From contig NC_008340.1 of the NCBI RefSeq assembly GCF_000014785.1, positions 2,070,001-2,102,000 of the forward strand: a stretch of 32,000 bases of DNA. Reading direction: 5' to 3'. The notes beneath the pieces are model-generated. The model worked only from the letters and a program-made list of their open reading frames with translations. It was not told the origin of the DNA and ran no database searches. Of the stretch, positions 1 through 7,609 are shown piece after piece. The position numbers were made by a program, and so were the translations under genes. This stretch comes from Alkalilimnicola ehrlichii MLHE-1 (lineage in GTDB: Bacteria > Pseudomonadota > Gammaproteobacteria > Nitrococcales > Halorhodospiraceae). Every line of letters starts with the position of its first letter. Position 1 is the first letter of the stretch.

Positions 1-96
1 CACCGTCATGCCGCACACGTACATGCGCACGTGACCGGGTTGGATGGGTTCGAAGCGCTCTTTGCGTTGGGTCAGGCTGTTGTGGATATGCAGCAT
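1..96 (-). CDS. cysS: Cysteinyl-tRNA synthetase, N-terminal fragment (continues beyond window start)
   Basis: Not in the ORF track because it is shorter than 60 aa. Reverse-complement translation from ATG at 96 gives [32 protein letters not shown], matching the CysRS N-terminus including the Zn-site VCGMTV motif. Confidence 0.9.
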   Translation of the reverse strand, partial: MLHIHNSLTQRKERFEPIQPGHVRMYVCGMTV

Positions 97-161
97 TCCG
101 GCGTCCCTGTTCAATTCGTTGATCCCCGGCGTACGGCCCCGGATAGCGGGGGCCGCCCGTT

Positions 162-1595
162 TCATGGCGTGGTGGCGGCAAGCTCGCGCGCCTGCTCCAG
201 CCGACATCGGGCGATATCGACGGGCATCAGGGCGTAGACCGGTCCCAGTTCCGGGCCCCGGCACAGGCCGGTGAGCGCCGCGCGTAGCGGCATGAAGAGC
301 TGCCGGCCCTTGGCGCCAGTGGCCTTGCGCACGGCCTTGGCCAAGGCCGGGAAGTCACCGGCGGTGGTCTCCAGCTCCGCCAGCGCCGCCTCGTAGAAGG
401 CCGGCCCGGCGTCGCGGATGACCGCCTCCGTATCCGGTGCCAACGCCGGCAACGGGCCGAACACCCGCTGACCCCACGCCGCCAGGTCGTCAGGGAAGAG
501 GATGTTGTCCCGCACCGCCGCCAGCAGGGCCCGGCGCCGGTCCGCCGGCACGGCGTCGTCCAGCCGCTCCAGCCAGGGGGCCAGGGTGGCCTCATCGGCC
601 CGGTGCACCGCCAACTGCTGCCAGTGGCTGAGCTGGTGACGGTCAAAGCGCGCCGGGGCCCGGCCCAGGGCGTCGGTGCGGAAGGCGTCCGCCAGCCCCT
701 GCAGATCGAGTAACTGCGACTCCACCTCGCCGGTGTAGTGATGACCCAGCCGCGCCAGGTAGTTGAGCACCGCCTCGGGCAGCCAGCCGGCCTCGCGCAG
801 CTCCGCCACCGACAGGCTGCCGTTGCGCTTGGACAGCGGCGCGCCGTCGTCCCCGGTGATCAGGTTGATGTGGCCGTACTCGGGCTGCGGCAGGTCCAGC
901 GCCCGCAGCAGCAGGAGCTGGCGCGGGGTGTTGGTCAGATGGTCCTCGCCGCGAAGCACGTGGCTGACCCCCATCAGGGCATCGTCCACCGCGTTGCAGA
1001 AGAAGAACGCCGCCGTGCCGTCGGCGCGGCGGATGATGAAATCACCGATCTCGTCGGTGGGAAAGCGCTGCTCGCCCCGAACCAGGTCGTGGAAGACGAC
1101 GGTCTCCTCCGCCGGCACCCGGAAACGCAGGGTGGGCCGGCGGCCCTCGGCCCGGCGCCGCTCGCGCTCCTCGGCGGTGAGGTGGGCGCAGGTGCCCGCA
1201 TAGCGGGGCGGCTTGCCGGCGGCGCGCTGGGCCTTGCGGGAGAGCTCCAGCTCGCGCTCGGTACAGAAGCAGGGATAGGCCTGGTCCGCTGCCTCCAGTG
1301 CCCGATAGTAGCGCTCATAGACCGCGCCACGCTCCGACTGGTGGTAGGGACCGGCCTCACCGCCGGCCTCCGGGCCCTCATCCCAGTGCAGACCCATCCA
1401 GCGCAGGTCGGCCATCAGCGTCTGGGCGTGGGCGCCGCTGCTGCGGCTCTCGTCGGTATCCTCCAGCCGCAGCAGGAAGCGGCCACCGCGACTGCGTGCC
1501 AGCAGGGCATTGAACAGCGCCGTGCGCAGATTCCCCAGGTGCATGCGGCCGGTGGGGCTGGGGGCGAATCGGGTTTTTACGTTTGTAGGCGTCAT
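162..1595 (-). CDS. gltX: Glutamyl-tRNA synthetase
   Basis: 477 aa. HIGH-type region [26 protein letters not shown], CxC...YAGTC zinc-type motif, [11 protein letters not shown], and SKR motif in [13 protein letters not shown]. Confidence 0.93.
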   Translation of the reverse strand: MTPTNVKTRFAPSPTGRMHLGNLRTALFNALLARSRGGRFLLRLEDTDESRSSGAHAQTLMADLRWMGLHWDEGPEAGGEAGPYHQSERGAVYERYYRALEAADQAYPCFCTERELELSRKAQRAAGKPPRYAGTCAHLTAEERERRRAEGRRPTLRFRVPAEETVVFHDLVRGEQRFPTDEIGDFIIRRADGTAAFFFCNAVDDALMGVSHVLRGEDHLTNTPRQLLLLRALDLPQPEYGHINLITGDDGAPLSKRNGSLSVAELREAGWLPEAVLNYLARLGHHYTGEVESQLLDLQGLADAFRTDALGRAPARFDRHQLSHWQQLAVHRADEATLAPWLERLDDAVPADRRRALLAAVRDNILFPDDLAAWGQRVFGPLPALAPDTEAVIRDAGPAFYEAALAELETTAGDFPALAKAVRKATGAKGRQLFMPLRAALTGLCRGPELGPVYALMPVDIARCRLEQARELAATTP

Positions 1596-1723
1596 AACCG
1601 CGCTATGTTATCCGGCCAGGCTCATCCGGCGCAAAAGCGGGCGGAACAAACACCCGTTTTGCGTCGCCCCGCGCGGGCGCAGTATCCTTTCGCTGATACC
1701 GCTCACGGAATAAGAGGACGCCG

Positions 1724-2476
1724 ATGACTGCCCCCCAGGCCCCGATACTTTTCATTGCCGATTTGCACCTCGACGAGCGCCGTCCCGAGATCGTCGAACT
1801 CTTTCTCGCCTTTCTCCAGCGCAGCCGCGATGAGGCGGGGGCGCTGTACATCCTGGGGGATCTGTTCGAGGCGTGGCTGGGGGACGACACCCTCCCCGCG
1901 GAGCACCCGGTCTTGGCCGGTATGCGCGACTTTGCGGCCAGCGGCACCCCGCTGTATGTGATGCGCGGCAACCGCGACTTCCTCATGGGGGAGGGGTTTG
2001 CCGAGCTCAGTGGCTGCACCCTGCTGCCGGACGAGGCGGTGATCGACCTCTTCGGGGAGCCCACCCTGCTGCTGCACGGCGACAGCCTGTGCACCGACGA
2101 CCCGGAGTACCAGGCCTTCCGCAGCATGGTGCTTGACCCGAAGTGGCAGGCGGAGTTTCTCGCCCTCCCGCGGGAGGAGCGACTGGCCAAGGCCAGGGAG
2201 GCGCGCGACTACAGTCAGAACCGCAACAGCACGCTGCCGGACGATATCATGGACGTGAACCCGGAGGCGGTGCAGGCGGCCATGGAGCGGCACGCCGTGC
2301 GGCGCATGATCCACGGCCACACCCACCGGCCGGCGGTCCACACGTTGGAGGTGGCCGGTGAGCCGGCGGAGCGCATCGTGCTGGGCGACTGGTTCGATCA
2401 GGGCAGCGTGTTACGCTGCACCCCTGACGAGTGCCGCCTGGAAGGGCTGACCATGCAGGATCTGCAGGAGAGCTGA
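1724..2476 (+). CDS. lpxH: UDP-2,3-diacylglucosamine diphosphatase
   Basis: 250 aa metallophosphatase: FIADLHLDERRPE, LGDLFEAWLGDD, RGNRDFLMG, HGDSLCTDD, HGHTHRP. Confidence 0.93.
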   Translation: MTAPQAPILFIADLHLDERRPEIVELFLAFLQRSRDEAGALYILGDLFEAWLGDDTLPAEHPVLAGMRDFAASGTPLYVMRGNRDFLMGEGFAELSGCTLLPDEAVIDLFGEPTLLLHGDSLCTDDPEYQAFRSMVLDPKWQAEFLALPREERLAKAREARDYSQNRNSTLPDDIMDVNPEAVQAAMERHAVRRMIHGHTHRPAVHTLEVAGEPAERIVLGDWFDQGSVLRCTPDECRLEGLTMQDLQES

Positions 2477-2478
2477 GC

Positions 2479-3306
2479 ATGAGCGAGACAGCGACGGAGA
2501 CGCCGGCTGTGGAGCCTCGGGTGCTGGTGATCGCCGGCTCCGATTCCGGTGGCGGCGCCGGCATCCAAGCAGACATCAAGACCATCACCGCCCTGGACGC
2601 CTATGCAGCCACGGCCATCTCGGCGCTCACCGCACAGAACACGCTGGAGGTCAGCGACATCCTGCCGGTGCCGCCGGATTTCCTGCAGGCGCAGATCACC
2701 GCGGTGCTGAACGACATCGGCGCCGATTGCATCAAGACGGGCATGCTGCACGATGTGCCTGCCATCGAGACCGTGGCCCAGGCGCTACAGACCCAGGCGC
2801 CGCACATCCCGGTGGTGGTGGACCCGGTCATGGTGTCCCAGAGCGGTGCGGAGTTGCTGGCGGACTCAGCGATCGACTGCCTGCGCGAGCAACTGCTGCC
2901 GCGCGCCACCCTGCTCACCCCCAACCTGCCGGAGGCGGAAAAGCTGTTGGGCCGGACCCTGGCGGACCGGGAGGCGCGCATCGAGGCGGCCCGGGAGCTG
3001 CTGGCGCTCGGGCCGGACGCGGTGCTACTGAAGGGCGGCCACGCCAAGGGGGACGACGTGCTCGACGTACTGGCGGACGCCGAGGGCGTGGAGTGCTTTG
3101 AGGCGCCGCGGCTGCCCACCCGTCACACCCACGGCACCGGCTGCACGCTGGCCAGTGCCATCGCCGCCGGCATCGCCCAGGGGTTGTCGGTGCGCGACGC
3201 GGTGGTGCGGGGCCGCGCCTACCTGCACGAGGCCCTGCGCACGGCGCGGGCACTGGGCCAGGGGGCCGGCCCCGTCAACCACCGGCACACCATCCGCCCC
3301 TTCTGA
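2479..3306 (+). CDS. thiD: Hydroxymethylpyrimidine/phosphomethylpyrimidine kinase
   Basis: 275 aa from ATG at 2479: VLVIAGSDSGGGAGIQADIKTITAL, DPVMVSQSG, LLKGGHAKGD, THGTGCTLASAIAA. Confidence 0.93.
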   Translation: MSETATETPAVEPRVLVIAGSDSGGGAGIQADIKTITALDAYAATAISALTAQNTLEVSDILPVPPDFLQAQITAVLNDIGADCIKTGMLHDVPAIETVAQALQTQAPHIPVVVDPVMVSQSGAELLADSAIDCLREQLLPRATLLTPNLPEAEKLLGRTLADREARIEAARELLALGPDAVLLKGGHAKGDDVLDVLADAEGVECFEAPRLPTRHTHGTGCTLASAIAAGIAQGLSVRDAVVRGRAYLHEALRTARALGQGAGPVNHRHTIRPF

Positions 3307-3314
3307 GTCAGACC

Positions 3315-3356
3315 GCGGGCGAGGCGCCCGCCGCGCCGCTAGCGGACACGGCGCGG
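3315..3356. terminator. Putative bidirectional terminator between convergent thiD and PCuAC genes
   Basis: Two adjacent hairpins: GCGGGCG-AGG-CGCCCGC (3315-3331) and CCGCGCCG...CGGCGCGG (3331-3356), in the 70-bp convergent gap. No clear U-tract. Confidence 0.45.
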
Positions 3357-3375
3357 CGTCTCGCCCCAGGACCTG

Positions 3376-3825
3376 TCAGTGGCCATGACCCCCACCCCGG
3401 TGATCCCGCACCGGGGCCTGCAGGGTCAGCTCCGTGCCATCATCCAGCTCCAGGATGAGTTCTACATTGCTGCCAGTCTCGGGCATCGCCGGCAGCTCCA
3501 TCAGCATCACGTGCAGGCCGCCCGGCTCCAGGCTGACGGTCTCGCCGGCGGGCACCTCGATGTCCGGCACCTCGCGCATGCGCATCACGCCGTCGTCGTG
3601 GATGTGGGTGTGCAGTTCCACCCGCTCCGTGGTCCCCGGTGCCTGCGCCCGCACCACGCGCACCGCCTCGTCGCGGGTGTTCTCAAGCTGCATGTAGGCC
3701 GCCGTGGAGTGGTGGCCCGGCGGCATGGCGCGCACCCAGGGGTCGCTCACCTCCAGCGCCTGCACCGTGCCCATGAGGGAGGCCGTCAGCAGCCCGGCCA
3801 GGGTCAGTTGGGTCGTGGTCTTCAT
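3376..3825 (-). CDS. Periplasmic copper chaperone, PCuAC family
   Basis: 149 aa with signal peptide; VSDPWVRAMPPGHHSTAAYMQLEN, HTHIHDDGVMRMREVPDIEVPAG, LEPGGLHVMLMEL, typical PCuAC (DUF461) His/Met motifs. Confidence 0.9.
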   Translation of the reverse strand: MKTTTQLTLAGLLTASLMGTVQALEVSDPWVRAMPPGHHSTAAYMQLENTRDEAVRVVRAQAPGTTERVELHTHIHDDGVMRMREVPDIEVPAGETVSLEPGGLHVMLMELPAMPETGSNVELILELDDGTELTLQAPVRDHRGGGHGH

Positions 3826-3864
3826 CGGTTTCCGTTCCTCCGCTGGTTTTTGCGGTTCACCCCA

Positions 3865-4491
3865 TTACAGCGCCGCGCGCAAGGCGGCGGCCATTTCGGC
3901 GGGATCCATGCCGTGGGGCAGGATCTCGTCGAGTTCGCCCTGGCGGTCCACCAGGTAGAAGAATGAAGAGTGGTCCACCAGGTAGCCGGCCTGGCCCTCC
4001 TCCTCGACCTTGCGGTACGCCGCGCCGTAGCGGTCGGCGATCTCGCGAATAACCTCCGGATCGCCGGTCAGGCCGACGATGTCCTCATGAAACCAGCGCG
4101 CGTAGTGGTCCAGGTGGTCCAGGGTGTCACGCTCCGGGTCAATGCTGACGAACAGCGGTTGCACCTGCGCCCGCGCCTCGTCATCGAGCTGCTCCAGCGC
4201 GGCAGCCACCCGGGCGAGCGAGTCGGGGCAGACATCGGGGCAGAAGACGTAACCGAAATAGATGAGCACCAGCTTGCCCTCGAAATCGGAGAGCGAGACC
4301 TCGCCCTGCTTGCTGATGAGGGTGAAGTCACCGCCCACCGGCTCGGCCACCAGCTCCAGGCGCTCGTGCCCGCCGTCCGCGCCCTCCGGCTCCGACGGCG
4401 CCATACCCACCACCAGCCAATAGAGCGTACCCAACAGCAATAGGATCAGCAGGATCAGCAGCGCGGTGACATGGGGCTTTCCCTTCATCAA
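3865..4491 (-). CDS. SCO1/SenC family copper-delivery thioredoxin-like protein
   Basis: 208 aa, N-terminal TM; LIYFGYVFCPDVCPDSLARVAAAL (CxxxC), FVSIDPERDTLDHL, YLVDHSSFFYLVD. Confidence 0.92.
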   Translation of the reverse strand: MMKGKPHVTALLILLILLLLGTLYWLVVGMAPSEPEGADGGHERLELVAEPVGGDFTLISKQGEVSLSDFEGKLVLIYFGYVFCPDVCPDSLARVAAALEQLDDEARAQVQPLFVSIDPERDTLDHLDHYARWFHEDIVGLTGDPEVIREIADRYGAAYRKVEEEGQAGYLVDHSSFFYLVDRQGELDEILPHGMDPAEMAAALRAAL

Positions 4492-5016
4492 TCACTCCCT
4501 ATCCAATGCATCGGCCGGCAGATCGCCGGCGTCGTCGCGGCGGGTCAGGAACCGGAATCGCGCGGTGTAAAGGTCCTCGTCGGCCTCACCCCGATGCAGC
4601 ATCACCGTGGCCTCCCAGGTCATTTGATCGGCCACGCACAAGGGCAGGATGCCCAGGCTTTGCCAACGCCCGTCCCGCCGTTCCAGCTCCGGACGGTTAT
4701 AGCCCATGTACATTTCCACGCCCTGGAAGTCCACTTGGACCCGCTCGGGCGGGGTCGGCCCTGTCACCTCCGCATGCAGCTGCAGCCGCTGCTGCATGCG
4801 GATAGGGCGGGGGGTAATCGCGAATGTCAACTGTGTTCCATCAGGCCAGTGCGCCTCGCAGGCACCCCGATGCAGGTCGCAGTCACCGTCGACCCGGGCC
4901 TCGTTACCCGCGGTGGGCTGTAAAAGAGAAGGCCCCCTCCAGCCCAGCACGATAAGCAGGGCCAAGATGAGGGCCATAACCACCACAGTGAGGATCTGAT
5001 TAATGGACACGGCCAT
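4492..5016 (-). CDS. Membrane-anchored protein of unknown function associated with SCO1/PCuAC
   Basis: 174 aa, N-terminal TM (ILTVVVMALILALLIVLGW), periplasmic part with CDLHRGAC, VDFQGVEMYMGYNRPEL and LPLCVADQMTWEA. Directly abuts the SCO gene. Confidence 0.75.
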   Translation of the reverse strand: MAVSINQILTVVVMALILALLIVLGWRGPSLLQPTAGNEARVDGDCDLHRGACEAHWPDGTQLTFAITPRPIRMQQRLQLHAEVTGPTPPERVQVDFQGVEMYMGYNRPELERRDGRWQSLGILPLCVADQMTWEATVMLHRGEADEDLYTARFRFLTRRDDAGDLPADALDRE

Positions 5017-5445
5017 ACTCCTGCAGAAACCGGGCCAACTCTTTACACCCGGCGAAACAGCGGGTTAGCGGTGCAGACCGTCGGCGCCCTGTGGCAGATC
5101 GCGCGGTGGGTGTGTGATTTGCCACAGGGCCGCCACCCGGTGCCCGTTGCAGGACTGTATCAGATCCGCCAGCGGCGCCCGTCAGCACGCCGGCAAGTCG
5201 GCGGCGTGTCCGCACAGGGCTTCGGCGCCCGGCGGATAACGGGCGAACGGCACTTCGGGTCAGGAAACGGGAATTACGGGCCGCCATGGCCGCGTTCCGG
5301 TCACGGGGAGGCACCGATGCGGATCACGGGGAGGCACCGATGCGGACAGTACAACCCCGGTGCGGACAAGCAGAGGGATATAGACGCCAGAATACCGAAG
5401 CGACGGCCGCCGCTGCCAGTGCCCGGGAAAAATTCAACAGGCAGC

Positions 5446-5473
5446 GTCGGAGGCGCCTGTAAGCGCCTCCGAC
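5446..5473 (-). terminator. Strong hairpin 3' of the DUF3149-like gene, probable terminator
   Basis: Perfect 11-bp stem GTCGGAGGCGC-CTGTAA-GCGCCTCCGAC; on the minus strand it is followed by ...GCTGCCTGTTGAATTTTT. Confidence 0.55.
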
Positions 5474-5518
5474 ACCCCGATGGTCATGGCTACGACGGCA
5501 GGGGCCGCCGCCCGGCGG

Positions 5519-5707
5519 TTAATGGCTAGGGTGTCGGTGACTGCCGGGTATACCGCCCTTGTCCTGTCCCTCCGCCTGATCCGGCTTTTTCGCCGACTTG
5601 CGGATGAACATCGTAATCAGAAAGGCCATCATGCCGATCATAAAGACAATGACGAACAGCGAGAGAAGGCCAATCCAGGTGGTCAACAGTTCTGCCCAGA
5701 GTTCCAT
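5519..5707 (-). CDS. Small single-pass membrane protein, DUF3149-like
   Basis: 62 aa MELWAELLTTWIGLLSLFVIVFMIGMMAFLITMFIRKSAKK...; ATG preceded by a purine-rich AAGGATAAGG stretch; pattern recalls DUF3149 small proteins. Confidence 0.7.
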   Translation of the reverse strand: MELWAELLTTWIGLLSLFVIVFMIGMMAFLITMFIRKSAKKPDQAEGQDKGGIPGSHRHPSH

Positions 5708-5970
5708 ATGCCTTATCCTTTGTTTTGCAATCGGGGTGCTTGAAACCTATCGCGACACTCAACATTTACATCTATCTCACATGGGCATTTAAGATAATCC
5801 ACCCTCTGCCCTGGGATCGCAAGAGGGACGTGACAACGTGTCACCATTAATTAGTTTTAGGCCCTGTGTCTTTCCCCGCGAAATCCCCGGCCCAATATTA
5901 AGAAGCAACGCCCCTAAGGAAACGCTGGAACATGGCGACGTCCACCACTGCGGGCGCGGGTCCGCCCCCC

Positions 5971-6889
5971 GTCACTGCGAGGAGGCGAAGCCGACGCGGC
6001 AGTCTACCGCCCTGGATCGCCACGGGCCTGCGGCCCTCGCGATGACGGTGGGGGTGCCACCGCCCCCGTCACTGCGGAGGCGAAGCCGACGCGGCAGTCT
6101 ACCGCCCTGGATCGCCGCGGGCCTGCGGCCCTCGCGATGACGGTGGGGGTGCCACCGCCCCCGTCACTGCGAGGAGGCGAAGCCGACGCGGCAGTCTACC
6201 GCCCTGGATCGCCACGGGCCTTCGGCCCTCGCGATGACGGTGGGGGTGCCGCCGCCCCCGTCACTGCGAGGAGGCGAAGCCGACGCGGCAGTCTACCGCC
6301 CTGGATCGCCGCGGGCCTGCGGCCCTCGCGATGACGGTGGGGGTGCCGCCGCCCCCGTCACTGCGAGGAGGCGAAGCCGACGCGGCAGTCTACCGCCCTG
6401 GATCGCCGCGGGCCTGCGGCCCTCGCGATGACGGTGGGGGTGCCACCGCCCCCGTCACTGCGAGGAGGCGAAGCCGACGCGGCAGTCTACCGCCCTGGAT
6501 CGCCACGGGCCTTCGGCCCTCGCGATGACGGTGGGGGTGCCGCCGCCCCCGTCACTGCGAGGAGGCGAAGCCGACGCGGCAGTCTACCGCCCTGGATCGC
6601 CGCGGGCCTGCGGCCCTCGCGATGACGGTGGGGGTGCCACCGCCCCCGTCACTGCGAGGAGGCGAAGCCGACGCGGCAGTCTACCGCCCTGGATCGCCGC
6701 GGGCCTGCGGCCCTCGCGATGACGGTGGGGGTGCCGCCGCCCCCGTCACTGCGAGGAGGCGAAGCCGACGCGGCAGTCTACCGCCCTGGATCGCCGCGGG
6801 CCTGCGGCCCTCGCGATGACGGGGAGGAGGTGGTGGCCCTCGCGATGACGGGGAGGAGGTGGTGGCCCTGGCGATGACGGGAGTGGTGG
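5971..6889. repeat. Tandem array of 9 palindromic ~97-bp units plus a short 29-bp-period tail
   Basis: Units begin GTCACTGCG(AG)GAGGCGAAGCCGACGCGGCAGTC at 5971, 6068, 6163, 6260, 6357, 6454, 6551, 6648 and 6745. Spacing is 97 bp except 95 bp after the second unit, which lacks 2 bp. Each unit has imperfect terminal inverted repeats (CCGTCAcTGCGAGG / CCTCGCgATGACGG). Confidence 0.97.
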
Positions 6890-6904
6890 CGCTGCCGCTG
6901 ACCT

Positions 6905-7594
6905 TCAGCGCCGGAGCATCCTGAGCCAGGCCCAGATATTGAGCAGGCTCATCAATGACTGGGCCACGTAGGTGAGGGCCGCGGCGGTGAGGATGCGGCG
7001 GGCGTGGGGATAGTCCACCGGTTTCAGATAGCGGCCCCGCTCCAGCATGGGCAGGGCGCGACCGAAGCTGGCGTCCCACTCCGTGGGCAGGGTGACCAGG
7101 TGCACCACCGCCGCCAGCCCCATGGAGAGCATGCCGGCAAGGAACAGCAGCAGCCCGGGGGCCGGCATCCGCACCAGCAGGGTGACCACCGGGATGGCGA
7201 ACATCATGATCGCGCCCAGGCGCTGCCCACCGGCCGCCAGCCGCACCAGGTGGCCCCGCGCCTTGAAGGGCGGGTAGCCGCTGGCGTGCTGCAGGGCATG
7301 ACCCACCTCGTGGGCGGCGACGGTGACAGCGGTGAGCGAGCGCCCGCGGTAGTTGTCCGGTGACAGCCGCACCGCCCGCGCCTCCGGGTCGTAGTGATCG
7401 GCACCGGGGTCGGTCATCTCCACGGCCACCTCGTCCAGCTGGGCGCGCCGGAGCAGGTGCCGGGCCAGCTCCGCGCCGGTGCCGGGGTAGCGGTCCGCCG
7501 GGGTGCTGTACTTGGCCATGACGTGCCGAACCCACAAGCCGGGCAGGTAGAGCACCGCCAGCACCACCACCGCCAGGATGATCAGGGCAATCAT
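6905..7594 (-). CDS. Neutral zinc metallopeptidase, YugP family
   Basis: 229 aa; TAVTVAAHEVGHALQHASGYPPFKAR (HEVGH), several TM segments, C-terminal LTYVAQSLMSLLNIWAWL. Confidence 0.88.
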   Translation of the reverse strand: MIALIILAVVVLAVLYLPGLWVRHVMAKYSTPADRYPGTGAELARHLLRRAQLDEVAVEMTDPGADHYDPEARAVRLSPDNYRGRSLTAVTVAAHEVGHALQHASGYPPFKARGHLVRLAAGGQRLGAIMMFAIPVVTLLVRMPAPGLLLFLAGMLSMGLAAVVHLVTLPTEWDASFGRALPMLERGRYLKPVDYPHARRILTAAALTYVAQSLMSLLNIWAWLRMLRR

Positions 7595-7609
7595 GGCTCG
7601 GGTTTCCCC

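Noticed and set aside
5071-5529. 152-aa + strand ORF
   Set aside because: Arg/Gly-rich composition, crosses the 23-bp duplication, the hairpin and the 3' end of the micro-protein gene; no domain and no clear ribosome-binding site.
6137-6819. Six tandem 65-aa proteins listed as real CDS
   Set aside because: They are frame images of one DNA repeat with no visible ribosome-binding sites; reported only as a structural curiosity.
5971-6889. CRISPR interpretation of the array
   Set aside because: The full ~97-bp unit including the linker is conserved, so there are no unique spacers, and no cas-like genes are nearby.
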